From Longimicrobiales bacterium (lineage in GTDB: Bacteria > Gemmatimonadota > Gemmatimonadetes > Longimicrobiales > Gaopeijiaceae): 64,000 nucleotides of DNA. The position numbers and the translations under genes were made by a program. Under the pieces are notes generated by a model, which saw nothing but the letters and a program-made list of their open reading frames with translations, was not told where the DNA came from and did no database searches. Position 1 is the first letter of the stretch, and each line of letters opens with the position of its first letter. Below, one piece after another: positions 27,216 to 37,000 of the stretch. The DNA is taken from assembly GCA_965248195.1 (NCBI GenBank), contig CBDFIQ010000002.1, positions 192,001 through 256,000 of the forward strand, read 5' to 3'.

Positions 27216-27797
27216 ATGACGGTTGAACCGACACCGAGTACCCGATATTCGAATCGACCTTACGCGTATGCCTTGGTTGGGGTCGTTCTGCTCATCATTT
27301 TCGCCTGGTCGAACCAAGATCGCGTTCAGCCGGTGACCGTGGGAACCGTCGCTCCCGAATTCGAGGTCAATGATCTCGATGGCGGTCTCGCTCGCCTCAG
27401 CGACCACAACGGTGAGGTCGTATTGGTCAACATCTGGGCAACGTGGTGCCTCCCCTGCCGGGTTGAAATGCCCTCTATGGAGCGCCTCTATCAGGAAATC
27501 GGTGAGGACGGGTTCGAGATCATGGCGGTCAGCATCGATGCCGAACTGGGCGGATTCGACCTTGCCGGCCGTCCTGGAGGGGACATTCAGGTCTTCGCTG
27601 ACTCGCTCGGGCTGACGTTTCCGATGCTCCACGATCCCTCAGGGGGGATCGAGCGTCTGTATCGCACCACGGGCGTACCGGAGACGTTTCTGATCGGTCG
27701 GGACGGAATCATTTACAAGAAGGTGGCGGGCGGGACCGAGTGGCACGCGCCGCAGCACAAGGCTCTCATCCAGCGTCTACTGGCTGCTCCCAAGTGA
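27216..27797 (+). CDS. TlpA/ResA-like membrane-anchored thioredoxin
   Basis: N-terminal TM, VNIWATWCLPCRVEMP, GVPETFLI. Confidence 0.93.
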   Translation: MTVEPTPSTRYSNRPYAYALVGVVLLIIFAWSNQDRVQPVTVGTVAPEFEVNDLDGGLARLSDHNGEVVLVNIWATWCLPCRVEMPSMERLYQEIGEDGFEIMAVSIDAELGGFDLAGRPGGDIQVFADSLGLTFPMLHDPSGGIERLYRTTGVPETFLIGRDGIIYKKVAGGTEWHAPQHKALIQRLLAAPK

Positions 27798-27827
27798 TTC
27801 CGCGTCCCTTGCGCAAGACTGGTTGAA

Positions 27828-28787
27828 ATGCCCCCCCAGCCTTTGTTGGGCCGCCTGGCCCGCGACGGCCGACTCAAGGTGGCGTCCTTAGGGCTGGCTC
27901 TTTTCCTCTGGGTTCTGGTCCGGCTTGGTGCCCCGGGCGAGCGTGATCTCATGGTTCCGATCAATATCCGGCTGGACGATCCGGCCTGGGTCGTGCGGGG
28001 GGATCCGGTTCCGGCCACCGTGCTCGTCCGCTTCCGCGGCCCTCCAACCGAGATCTTCCGTCTCACCGGGTTGGCCGGTATGTCGGTGGCCGTGCCTATC
28101 ACGGAAGTGTCGGGGGAGGAGATGGTGATCCCGCTCCAACCGGGGTGGGTGCCGGTGGACGGATACCGGGGTGTGCAGGTGGAGGACATCGTTCCCAGCG
28201 CGATCAACCTTTCTCTCGATCGGTTGGTAACGAGGAACATTCCGGTTCGCGTCAGCACCCGCGGAAGATTGCCGGAGCACCTTGCTCTGGCCCGTGCGCC
28301 CTCCTTGACGCCCAGCCTTGTTCGGGTGAACGGACCGGCGAGACTCGTAGAGAACCTCGACACTTTGGACATTGTCCCCGTGGCCCTCGGCGAGCTCGAC
28401 GAGCAGGCCACCGTGGAGACCGTCGTGGATACGGCGGGAATGGGCCGAGTGACGGTCGAGCCCTACGTCCTCACACTGAGAATCCCGGCGGAGGAAACCA
28501 TTGAGCGGGTGTTTGCCGGAGTTCCGGTCATCACCGACCGGCTCTTGGGATATGGGCCGATCGAGGTTTTCCCCGAGTCCGTACAGGTCACCGTGACGGG
28601 TGCGCGCAGCCGCGTGTTAGCGACAGAGCCAAATTTCTTGAGAGCCGTGGTACCGGCCTCCGCGATTCAGGATCTCACTGAGGTTGAAATGCGCCGGGTT
28701 CCGATCGTGGTGGAGGGGGTTCCCCCCTACGTGTCTGTGGTGACGGGAGTCGACACGGTTGCGGTTCGCAGGCGGCTCGGGCTGTGA
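27828..28787 (+). CDS. YbbR/CdaR-like protein
   Basis: LKVASLGLALFLW TM followed by YbbR-like repeats (P..V.V...GP). Confidence 0.7.
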   Translation: MPPQPLLGRLARDGRLKVASLGLALFLWVLVRLGAPGERDLMVPINIRLDDPAWVVRGDPVPATVLVRFRGPPTEIFRLTGLAGMSVAVPITEVSGEEMVIPLQPGWVPVDGYRGVQVEDIVPSAINLSLDRLVTRNIPVRVSTRGRLPEHLALARAPSLTPSLVRVNGPARLVENLDTLDIVPVALGELDEQATVETVVDTAGMGRVTVEPYVLTLRIPAEETIERVFAGVPVITDRLLGYGPIEVFPESVQVTVTGARSRVLATEPNFLRAVVPASAIQDLTEVEMRRVPIVVEGVPPYVSVVTGVDTVAVRRRLGL

Positions 28788-29836
28788 GCGGTCCGCTCAT
28801 TCTGGGCCTTGAGACCAGTTGTGACGAAACCTCCGCAGCGGTCTTGAAGGCCCCCGACACCCTCAAGGGCCATGTGATCTACTCTCAGGACGAGCACGCC
28901 TTGTATGGCGGTGTCGTTCCGGAGATTGCGGCGCGTGCCCACGTGCAGCGTATCGACGATGTGGTCGATCGGGCGCTGAGGGAGGCGGGTTGCGTCATGA
29001 GCGACTTAGACGCTGTGGCCGTCACGGCGGGCCCCGGGCTCATCGGCGCACTCTTGGTGGGTGTCTGCTGGGCGAAGGCTGCCGCCTTCGCTCTGGCGAG
29101 GCCACTCGTGACCGTCCACCACATGGAGGCCCATCTCTTCGCCCCCTCCCTTGAAAACCCTGAAGCTGTGCCGCCGTTCGTGGCGTTGCTCGTCTCGGGG
29201 GGTCATACCTTACTCCTTTACGTGCCGGAGTGGGGCACCTACCACTTGTTGGGGGAAACCCGGGATGACGCGGCCGGTGAGGCTTTCGACAAGGTCGCGA
29301 GGCTTCTCGGCATGCCGTACCCCGGTGGACCGGCCATAGAAGCAGCGGCATCCGGGGGTGACCAGGCACGCTACCACCTTCCTCGGCCGATGCTACGACG
29401 GAATCAGAGTCCCGGCGACGACGATTTCTACGATTTCTCGTTCAGTGGGTTGAAGACGGCCGTGGTGACCCTGGTCGGTGAGATCGAGGCAGATCGGCCG
29501 CTCGACCCTGAGAGGGACGACGTTGCGGCGTCATTCCAGGAGGCGGTAGCAGATGTCCTGACCGAGAAGACCATGCGTGCGGTGGAAGAAAAGGACTGCG
29601 CACGCGTACTTCTCGGGGGTGGGGTGGCAGCCAACGGGAGACTGCGTGAAGCGTTGGCAAGGCGGCTCGAGCCAGATGGCTTGCTCCTAAATGCGTCTCC
29701 ACGGCTTTCACTGGACAATGGTGCGATGGTGGCGAAGGCAGGGGCGTTTCGCCTGGAGCGAGGAGAGGTGGCGTCGCTGGACGCCTCGGCGGATCCTAAC
29801 TTGCCCTTCCCCGGATTGATGAAGGCTTCCGCCTGA
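28784..29836 (+). CDS. tsaD: tRNA N6-threonylcarbamoyladenosine transferase TsaD
   Basis: LGLETSCDET, YGGVVPEIAAR.H, HHMEAH, VSGGHT, DDAAGEAFDK, DNGAMVA. Confidence 0.97.
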   Translation: MSGPLILGLETSCDETSAAVLKAPDTLKGHVIYSQDEHALYGGVVPEIAARAHVQRIDDVVDRALREAGCVMSDLDAVAVTAGPGLIGALLVGVCWAKAAAFALARPLVTVHHMEAHLFAPSLENPEAVPPFVALLVSGGHTLLLYVPEWGTYHLLGETRDDAAGEAFDKVARLLGMPYPGGPAIEAAASGGDQARYHLPRPMLRRNQSPGDDDFYDFSFSGLKTAVVTLVGEIEADRPLDPERDDVAASFQEAVADVLTEKTMRAVEEKDCARVLLGGGVAANGRLREALARRLEPDGLLLNASPRLSLDNGAMVAKAGAFRLERGEVASLDASADPNLPFPGLMKASA

Positions 29837-29883
29837 GCGTGCCCTCGGACCCGAACCCCGAACCCTGAACTAGGACGCTGAGC

Positions 29884-30741
29884 TTGTATCCGATCTTCTT
29901 CCGTCTCCCGAGTTGGCTGCCCTTCATGGGCGGGGAGCCGATCACATCCTTCGGCGTGTTCATGTTCCTTTCCTTCCTTACAGGGGGCGTGCTGCTGCGA
30001 TCCGAGATGGAGCGCACAGGACATGATCCGGAGCGAGCCTGGGATCTGGTGTTCATGGCGGTCCTGGGGGGCGTCATTGGAGCCAAGATCTACTACGTGC
30101 TCCTCAACTACGAGGCGCTTCTGGCCAATCCGTTTTCGGCCATTTTTTCACGGGGTGGAATGGTGTGGTACGGGGGATTCGCGGGGGCGCTTCTTCTCAT
30201 CGTCTACGAGATCAAGCGGAGGGCTTTGCCACTCGGAAAGATGGCGGACCTCTGTTCCCCGACACTCGCCATCGGGTATGCCGTTGGCCGGATGGGTTGT
30301 TTCCTGGTCGGAGACGACTACGGGCGTCCCACCGCCTCCTGGTTCGGGATCGCGTTTCCGCGCGGCACGCCACCCACACGAGTGGAGGAGTTCGAGAGCC
30401 ACTTCGGTGTTCAAGTCGATCCGACCATCGTTGAACGCTTCGGGCAGGTCGTTCCGGTGCACCCCACCCAACTTTACGAGATTGCGATGGCCTCCCTCAT
30501 CTTTCTCGTTCTCTGGAAGCTCCGGGTCCACAACCACGGAGCGGGATGGCTCTGGTGGATTTGTTTGACGCTGCTCAGCGCCGAGCGCTTCCTTGTGGAG
30601 TTCGTTCGGGTCAAGGACGACCGCTTTCTCGGTCCCCTCACTCTTGCTCAGGGCATCGCGTTTATGCTCGCGCTCCTCGGTCTATGGGGGGTCGGCCGAA
30701 CCTGGTCCGCAGGAGGAAAGTCCAAAGGAGTCGAAGCCTGA
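29884..30741 (+). CDS. lgt: Prolipoprotein diacylglyceryl transferase
   Basis: MYP start (TTG), GGMVWYGG, GRMGCF..GDDYG, HPTQLYE, RFLVEFVR. Confidence 0.93.
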   Translation: MYPIFFRLPSWLPFMGGEPITSFGVFMFLSFLTGGVLLRSEMERTGHDPERAWDLVFMAVLGGVIGAKIYYVLLNYEALLANPFSAIFSRGGMVWYGGFAGALLLIVYEIKRRALPLGKMADLCSPTLAIGYAVGRMGCFLVGDDYGRPTASWFGIAFPRGTPPTRVEEFESHFGVQVDPTIVERFGQVVPVHPTQLYEIAMASLIFLVLWKLRVHNHGAGWLWWICLTLLSAERFLVEFVRVKDDRFLGPLTLAQGIAFMLALLGLWGVGRTWSAGGKSKGVEA

Positions 30742-30765
30742 CGAATCGGGCAGGATGAGGCAAGA

Positions 30766-31581
30766 ATGCTGACGGTCCTACACGGGTCGGACGTACACTT
30801 TGGCAAACCTCATCGCCCGAGCGTAGCCACCGCCTTTCTCGAGATGGCGCGCACTGTGGCGCCCGATGTGATCGTCTTGGCGGGAGACTTCACGCAGCGG
30901 GCGAAGGTGCGAGAGTATGAGCAGGCCCGAACCTTCCTCCGGCAGGTTCAGGATGTGCCCGTTGTCGTCACGCCGGGGAACCACGACATCCCGCTCTACC
31001 GGGTCCTCGAGCGCCTTTTTGCTCCATTTCGGAATTACCGGGCGTTCATCTCGGAGGAACTCGATACCGCCACCCGGGTCGGCGCAGCGGTTCTCGTGGC
31101 GTTGAACTCCGCGGAACCTCACCGAAGACTCGTCAACGGACGCATCGAGGATCGTCAACTTCGATTTCTCGCACGCATCTTTCGGGAAACATTTGATGCG
31201 GATGTCCGTATCGTAGTGACGCACCATGCGTTTGCCCCTCCGCCGGACGGTGGATGGGACGCGCCCCTCCCGGGAGGCGGCGCCATCCTGGACCGGTTCC
31301 GGGAGTTGGGAGTGGATTTGGTTCTCAGTGGGCATTTTCATCGCGGCTTTGTGACGCGTTCGTCCGATGTGAGGCCGGGCCATCGGGGCCACGGCGATAT
31401 CGCGATCGTCCACAGCGGAACCGCTGCCTCTAGCCGGGGCCGAGCGGCCGAGAAAGGGGAAAACAGTGTGAACGTGTTGAAGGTCGACCGAGAAAAAATC
31501 GAAGTGATTCCTCACTGGTTCGAGAAAGACAGATCGGGGTTCGCGGCGCGCGAGCCCATCACCATCTGGCGCATCGAATGA
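30766..31581 (+). CDS. Calcineurin-like metallophosphoesterase (CpdA-like)
   Basis: SDVHFG, GDFTQ, PGNHD, THH, SGHFH. Confidence 0.92.
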   Translation: MLTVLHGSDVHFGKPHRPSVATAFLEMARTVAPDVIVLAGDFTQRAKVREYEQARTFLRQVQDVPVVVTPGNHDIPLYRVLERLFAPFRNYRAFISEELDTATRVGAAVLVALNSAEPHRRLVNGRIEDRQLRFLARIFRETFDADVRIVVTHHAFAPPPDGGWDAPLPGGGAILDRFRELGVDLVLSGHFHRGFVTRSSDVRPGHRGHGDIAIVHSGTAASSRGRAAEKGENSVNVLKVDREKIEVIPHWFEKDRSGFAAREPITIWRIE

Positions 31582-31778
31582 CCAGATTCTTCGTGCGGAG
31601 GGAGGCGGGAATCCACGAAACGGTGGGGGCGCTGGCCGTCGCCTTGGGTATCGGCGGCTTGTCTTTCTATCTGGCCCGGATGCTTCTCGCTCGCGATGAT
31701 TTGGAATCCAAAGCTCCGCCGCACGTGGCCGGGGACTCCGAACGTCTCCGGCCCGCTGGAAGCGAGGGGGCTAGGTAA
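31578..31778 (+). CDS. Small single-TM hypothetical protein
   Basis: ATGA overlap with the previous stop. Hydrophobic segment ALAVALGIGGLSFYLARMLL. Fills the operon gap before tamA. Confidence 0.6.
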   Translation: MTRFFVRREAGIHETVGALAVALGIGGLSFYLARMLLARDDLESKAPPHVAGDSERLRPAGSEGAR

Positions 31779-31785
31779 AGAGCGC

Positions 31786-34011
31786 ATGCGGATCTCGTTC
31801 GCCCGCATCTTGTTGATCCTGCTGGTGGCTCGGGCACCCCTCCTCGGCCAGGCGCCCCCCCTCGAGGTCTTGAGCATCGACTTTCTGGGTAACGAGGCGT
31901 TTCCGGCGGATTCGCTCGCGCGCACGATCGTCAATCGTGAGACGAGGTGCCGTTCCTTCTCGGTGTTCGGGCTCTTCTGTCCCTTTGGTGCCCAGCGCGA
32001 AGTGCTGAATGAGCCGGAGTTGGCGCGGGATGTCCTACGGCTCACCAACTTCTACAGCATCCGTGGGTTTCGAGATACCCGGATCGATACATTGATCGTG
32101 CGTCCCTCGGAGGAGGCCGTGGAGCTGTCCTTTCAGATCGATGAAGGGCCACCTGTGCGAATTGCGAGCCTCACGGTAGAGGGCGCGGACGTTTTCGAGG
32201 AGTTCGACCCAACCGCTGGACTCCCGATCCAGGTGGGGGGCTTACTCAATGCGATCGATCTCGGGGCGACCCGAGATTCTCTGATCCAGCGGTTCCGAAA
32301 CCGCGGCTACCCCCGTGCGGACGTATCCCGTTCGTGGCGCCTGCCCGCGGTGAGTCCATACCAGGCGCATGTGACCTTCGAGGTCGATACGGGGCCGCAT
32401 TCCGTTTTCGGACCCATCACCCTCGTCGGCAACGAAGAGCTCGACGATGATGTGATTCGCCAGTTACTCCCATTCGAGGAGGGACAGGAATATTCCGAGG
32501 TGCGTACGCTCGACGCGCAACGGAACCTGTTCTCCATCGAGATGGTCCGGCGCGCATCGATCGTCGAGGTGGTGGATCCGGCGGGCGTCGTGCCTGACAG
32601 TGTGATCCCACTCCAGGTACGGATCACAGAGGCGGAGATTCACAATGTGCGCTTTGGTGGGGGATGGAGCACTCTGGAGTGCGGGAACCTGGAAGGACGT
32701 TGGACGAGCCGAAACTTCTATGGCGGAGCGAGACGATTCCAGCTCCGAGGGCGTGTGTCCAACCTGGCGGCCGAGCCACTCGAGGAAAGCGTTTGTCGCC
32801 AAGCCGGCATCGACGAGTTCGGAGGGCTGAACTGGCTGCTGGCGGCGGAATTTTCACAACCACTGATCCGTCGGAGCGTGGCCTTCGGGCTCAACCTGTT
32901 CTGGGAGCGCCAGAGCGTCCAGAACGTGTTCGTTCGCGAGGCCGTGGGTGTGGACCTCTCTCTCTATCAGGCGGTTGCCGCGAACACGTCCGTCACCTTC
33001 GCGTACCGCCCTGAACTCACCAAACTGGAGGCGGCCTCGGTCTTCTTTTGCACGTCAGTCCAAGTCTGTACGCCCGAGGACATCGCCAGCCTCCAGGAAT
33101 CGAACTGGTTGGCCCCGCTCTCCGTCAACATCGTACATTCGAACACGAACAACGTTCTGAACCCCACTCGCGGATACCAAGTCGTGCTCAACTTCGAGCA
33201 CTCATCCACCCTGACCGGTTCCGACTTTCAGTACAATCGGGCGTTGGGCGAGGCGACGGCCTACCTAACAACAGGGCGTGGCAAAGTCCTGGCAGCTCGG
33301 GTCCGGGCGGGATGGGTCGGCGCGGGCACGTTCACCTTGTTCGTGGCACGAGCCAATGTCATACACCCCCAGAAGAGGTTCTTCTCGGGGGGGGGGGATA
33401 GTGTCCGGGGGTTCGCGCAGAACCAACTCGGCCCGAGAGTGCTCACCGTAGATCCTTCTCGGCTCCTGTTCCCGAAGGATGGCACAGGGGAGGTGCCCTG
33501 CACTCCCGCCGAGGTCATGCACCTCACGTGTAACGCCAACACGTTGCGGGACGTGGCCTTCGGAACACCGCGGCCCATCGGCGGCGGCGTCGTGCTCGAG
33601 GGTGGCGTCGAGTACCGGATGGCGTTGGAACGGAATCTGGAAGCCGCCATCTTTACCGACTTCGGACGGATCTGGACGGCACCAGGGTCGGGTAAGGTGA
33701 GCGGACTCGAGATTTCCCCGGGAGTTGGGATCCGGTATCTGAGTCCTGCCGGGCCCATTCGTGTGGACTTGGGGTACCGATTCCGTGGCATCGAGCCGTT
33801 GCAGGTCGTAACCACCCAGATCCGTCCGTTCGAGGCAGGCGACGATCCCACCGACAGGGTCAGCGGCATTGTAGGCGACCAAGAAGAGGTGATCGATTAC
33901 GTGGCCACGGAGGACCTCGCGGTGCTCGATCCGAGAATCTTCTATGGTCCGCGGGCTGGCTTCTCCCTCAAGCGTTTTCAGATCCATCTCAGCATCGGAC
34001 AGGCGTTCTAG
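31786..34011 (+). CDS. tamA: Omp85-family outer-membrane insertase (TamA-like)
   Basis: Signal peptide, POTRA-like repeats, SVRGF, GIRY.SP.GPIRVDLGY, C-terminal HLSIGQAF. Confidence 0.88.
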   Translation: MRISFARILLILLVARAPLLGQAPPLEVLSIDFLGNEAFPADSLARTIVNRETRCRSFSVFGLFCPFGAQREVLNEPELARDVLRLTNFYSIRGFRDTRIDTLIVRPSEEAVELSFQIDEGPPVRIASLTVEGADVFEEFDPTAGLPIQVGGLLNAIDLGATRDSLIQRFRNRGYPRADVSRSWRLPAVSPYQAHVTFEVDTGPHSVFGPITLVGNEELDDDVIRQLLPFEEGQEYSEVRTLDAQRNLFSIEMVRRASIVEVVDPAGVVPDSVIPLQVRITEAEIHNVRFGGGWSTLECGNLEGRWTSRNFYGGARRFQLRGRVSNLAAEPLEESVCRQAGIDEFGGLNWLLAAEFSQPLIRRSVAFGLNLFWERQSVQNVFVREAVGVDLSLYQAVAANTSVTFAYRPELTKLEAASVFFCTSVQVCTPEDIASLQESNWLAPLSVNIVHSNTNNVLNPTRGYQVVLNFEHSSTLTGSDFQYNRALGEATAYLTTGRGKVLAARVRAGWVGAGTFTLFVARANVIHPQKRFFSGGGDSVRGFAQNQLGPRVLTVDPSRLLFPKDGTGEVPCTPAEVMHLTCNANTLRDVAFGTPRPIGGGVVLEGGVEYRMALERNLEAAIFTDFGRIWTAPGSGKVSGLEISPGVGIRYLSPAGPIRVDLGYRFRGIEPLQVVTTQIRPFEAGDDPTDRVSGIVGDQEEVIDYVATEDLAVLDPRIFYGPRAGFSLKRFQIHLSIGQAF

Positions 34012-37000
34012 TGTCCAAGACGCGACGGCTTCGGGCGAGGAAGGTGTTGAAGATGGTGGCCGGTGTTCTGATGACGCTCGGTGTAGGAGCGATCGCCGGC
34101 GTGGTTATCCTCACCCTCACGAGCGCCGGGCAGACGTTCGTGATGGAGCAGGCGCTCAGGCGAATCGAGGGGACCCTCAATGGCGAGATCACGGTTTCCG
34201 GCTTGCGGTCTCCGGGACTCCACAGAGGAGTCCGTCTGCTCGGGCTTCGGTTAACGGCGCCGGACGGGAGTTCACTATTGGCAGTGGACTCGGTCGACGC
34301 CGAATACTCCCTCCGGACGATACTGAGCGGCGAGCTCGCTCTTGCCGGCGTCACCCTCTGGCGGCCCAGACTCACCATCACGAAGCAGGCTCCGGATCAG
34401 CCGGTCAATCTTGCGGCCTTCCTGTACGGCGATGGGTCGCCGGCGCAGAAGCTTGGTGCCGGAGGGGGGCCGGCCGAGGCTGCGGTGAGGTTCCTTCTCG
34501 ACGTGGTCGAGATCCAGGACGGCAGCGTCGAGGTACGTTATCCAGTCCCGGCCTCACGAGATCCTTCTTCGCGCTTGATGACGGAGCCCGGACCGGCCGG
34601 ACAGGGTGTCCAGCGGGTCTTCAGTTTCCATGGAATCGACGGTCGCTTCGACGGGGTGGTGGTGGCTGATCCGGCCGTGGAGGGTATCCGGATGAACGTG
34701 ACCGGTCTCAGCTTCGTAGGTGAGGTCTTTGAAGAGCCGGTCCAGGTCCAGGATTTTGATGGAACATTCGCCTGGTCCGGGAACCGGATCTTGGTCGAAG
34801 CTGAAACGGTGAGCCTCCTAAGTGGCACCGCCAGCGGATCTGCGGCCATCGAGTTGGTCGAGGGTAGTGTGCCCGATCTCACCGTCGACGCGCTCCTGGA
34901 CGGCGTGGATCTACCCGAGTTGCGGTGGCTCGAACCTCGCTTGCCCGATGCTCGCGCCAGTGGGCGGCTTGCGGTGGGGTTCGGATCTCAGGGTCTGCGT
35001 GCGAGCTGGTCGGGTGCGAGGCTTGCGATCGGCGGAGGCGAAATCGAGGCGGACGGTGCGCTGAGCCAGGCCTCGGGCGGAGAGTTGGCCCTCGAGGACG
35101 TCACCCTGGAGGTTTCCGCGGTACGGGTGTCCGCCCTGGAGAAGTTCATATCGGTCACACTACCCCCGGAGGGACGGCTGTCCGGAAACCTAGAGATCTC
35201 CGGCACGATGGACTCTGTGGCCGTGTCCGGTCGAATGGACTTATTGGAACCAGGCGTGAGTCCGACGAGCGGAGAGATCGATGGCGTGCTTCACCTTCGG
35301 CGTCCGCGGGGCGTCACCGGAATGACGGCTCGGCTGACGGCCCTGGATCTAGGTCTCGTCAATCGGATGGCCGAAGGGCTGATGGTGGATGGCGCCGTGA
35401 ATCTCGAGATTCGGGCGGATGGTTGGCTGGAAACCGGCGTTCGGGTGGTCGTGGTGACCACCTTTCCGGAACCCGACCCGGAGGAATCCTACGTTTCGCT
35501 CGAGGGAAGCCTCACGGAGGTCGATGGGGAACTTCAAATCGCGCTCGATGGCGAGCTCGATCCTTTCTCGATTGCGGATGTCGTTAGCGACGATTCGCCC
35601 CTCTCCCGGCTCGGATTAATACGCGGAACGGTTCATGCCGAGGGGTCTCTGTCGGACCTCATGCTCCGGAGCGACCTGACGACCGAGGAAGGCCGGCTCA
35701 CTCTGGAGAGCCGCTTCGATGCCCGATCCCCGTTCGCATCCTATCGGCTTCGGGGCGAAGCCGACGATTTCGATCCCCTGGAGGTGGCTCCCTGGCTCGC
35801 CGGAGGCACCCTACTGTCCGGCTCCTTCGATCTCTTGGGTGAGGGTGGTGATCTGAGGATGGCAGAACTGGTCGGGACCCTTTGGCTCCAGGAGTCACGT
35901 TTCGCGAACCTGCCGGTCGACAGCGTTTCGATCGAGCTGCGGATCTTGAACGGAATCGTCACCGTGGACGACGTTCAGGGTCGGATCGGGGGCGTGGTGG
36001 TGGAGGGGGGCGGCCAACTTGCGGTAGCAGGGAATGCCGGCCTCGAGGCTGTTCGACTGAGCTTCGAGACAGGAAGCCTCGAAGGCCTTCGTCCGCTTCT
36101 GCGCGGTGGCGACGTGATCGCGGGCGATACGCTCACGGTGCTGGAGCGCCAGATTCTCGAGTTCGAGGGCATCGATCCGGACACGCTCCGGACGCTCGCC
36201 GAGGTGATGGTCTCAGGGAGGATGGCAGGTGAGCTGACGATGACGGGTTCAGTCGAAAACCTCTCGATCATCGGGCGAGCAGCGGTGGACGACGCCCTTT
36301 ATGTGGGGAATCGCGTGGGGCAAGCCGAGGTCTCTTTTTCGGCGACGAACCTTTTTTCTCCCGAGCGCGAGGTGTCTGCTCAGATCGATGCGGGTGCGAT
36401 ACGCGTTCTTCAGAGAGAGTTCGATTCGGTTTCGGTGAACGTCCGCTATCGAGAGCCGAGCGGGAACGTGAATGTGTTCCTGGTCCGATCCCCGGAAGAG
36501 AGCTATTCGGGCCTCCTCACCTTTGACGAGGAGGGTGACGTACGCACGCTACACTTGGATGAATTGGTGTTCCGCTTCCCGGAGGAGCGCTGGAATCTCG
36601 GTGCACCCGCTACCATCTCGTGGGATCCGGACGGCCTCACGTTCAGAGATTTCCGGCTGAGGCGTCCCGGAGTGGGCGGCATGCGGCTGCGGGCTCAAGG
36701 GCGGATTCCGTTCTATGGAGAGGCCGATTTTGGGCTGGAGGCCGAGGCTCTCGACATCCGTCTCATCGCTCATGCCCTTCAGTTGGATGAGGTGCTCGAG
36801 GGCGTCGTCGATCTGGAATTTAATGTGATGGGCACGGATGACGAGCCTGTGATGGACCTGGCCCTCTCGACCGATGGCTTTCGTTTCCGGGACTACGCGC
36901 TCGACCGGATCGAAGCTGAAGTGGCCTACACAGGCCGAAGGGCGGAAGGGGATGTGGTACTGTGGAAGGATTCGCTCCAAGTACTCACCTTGGACGGAGA

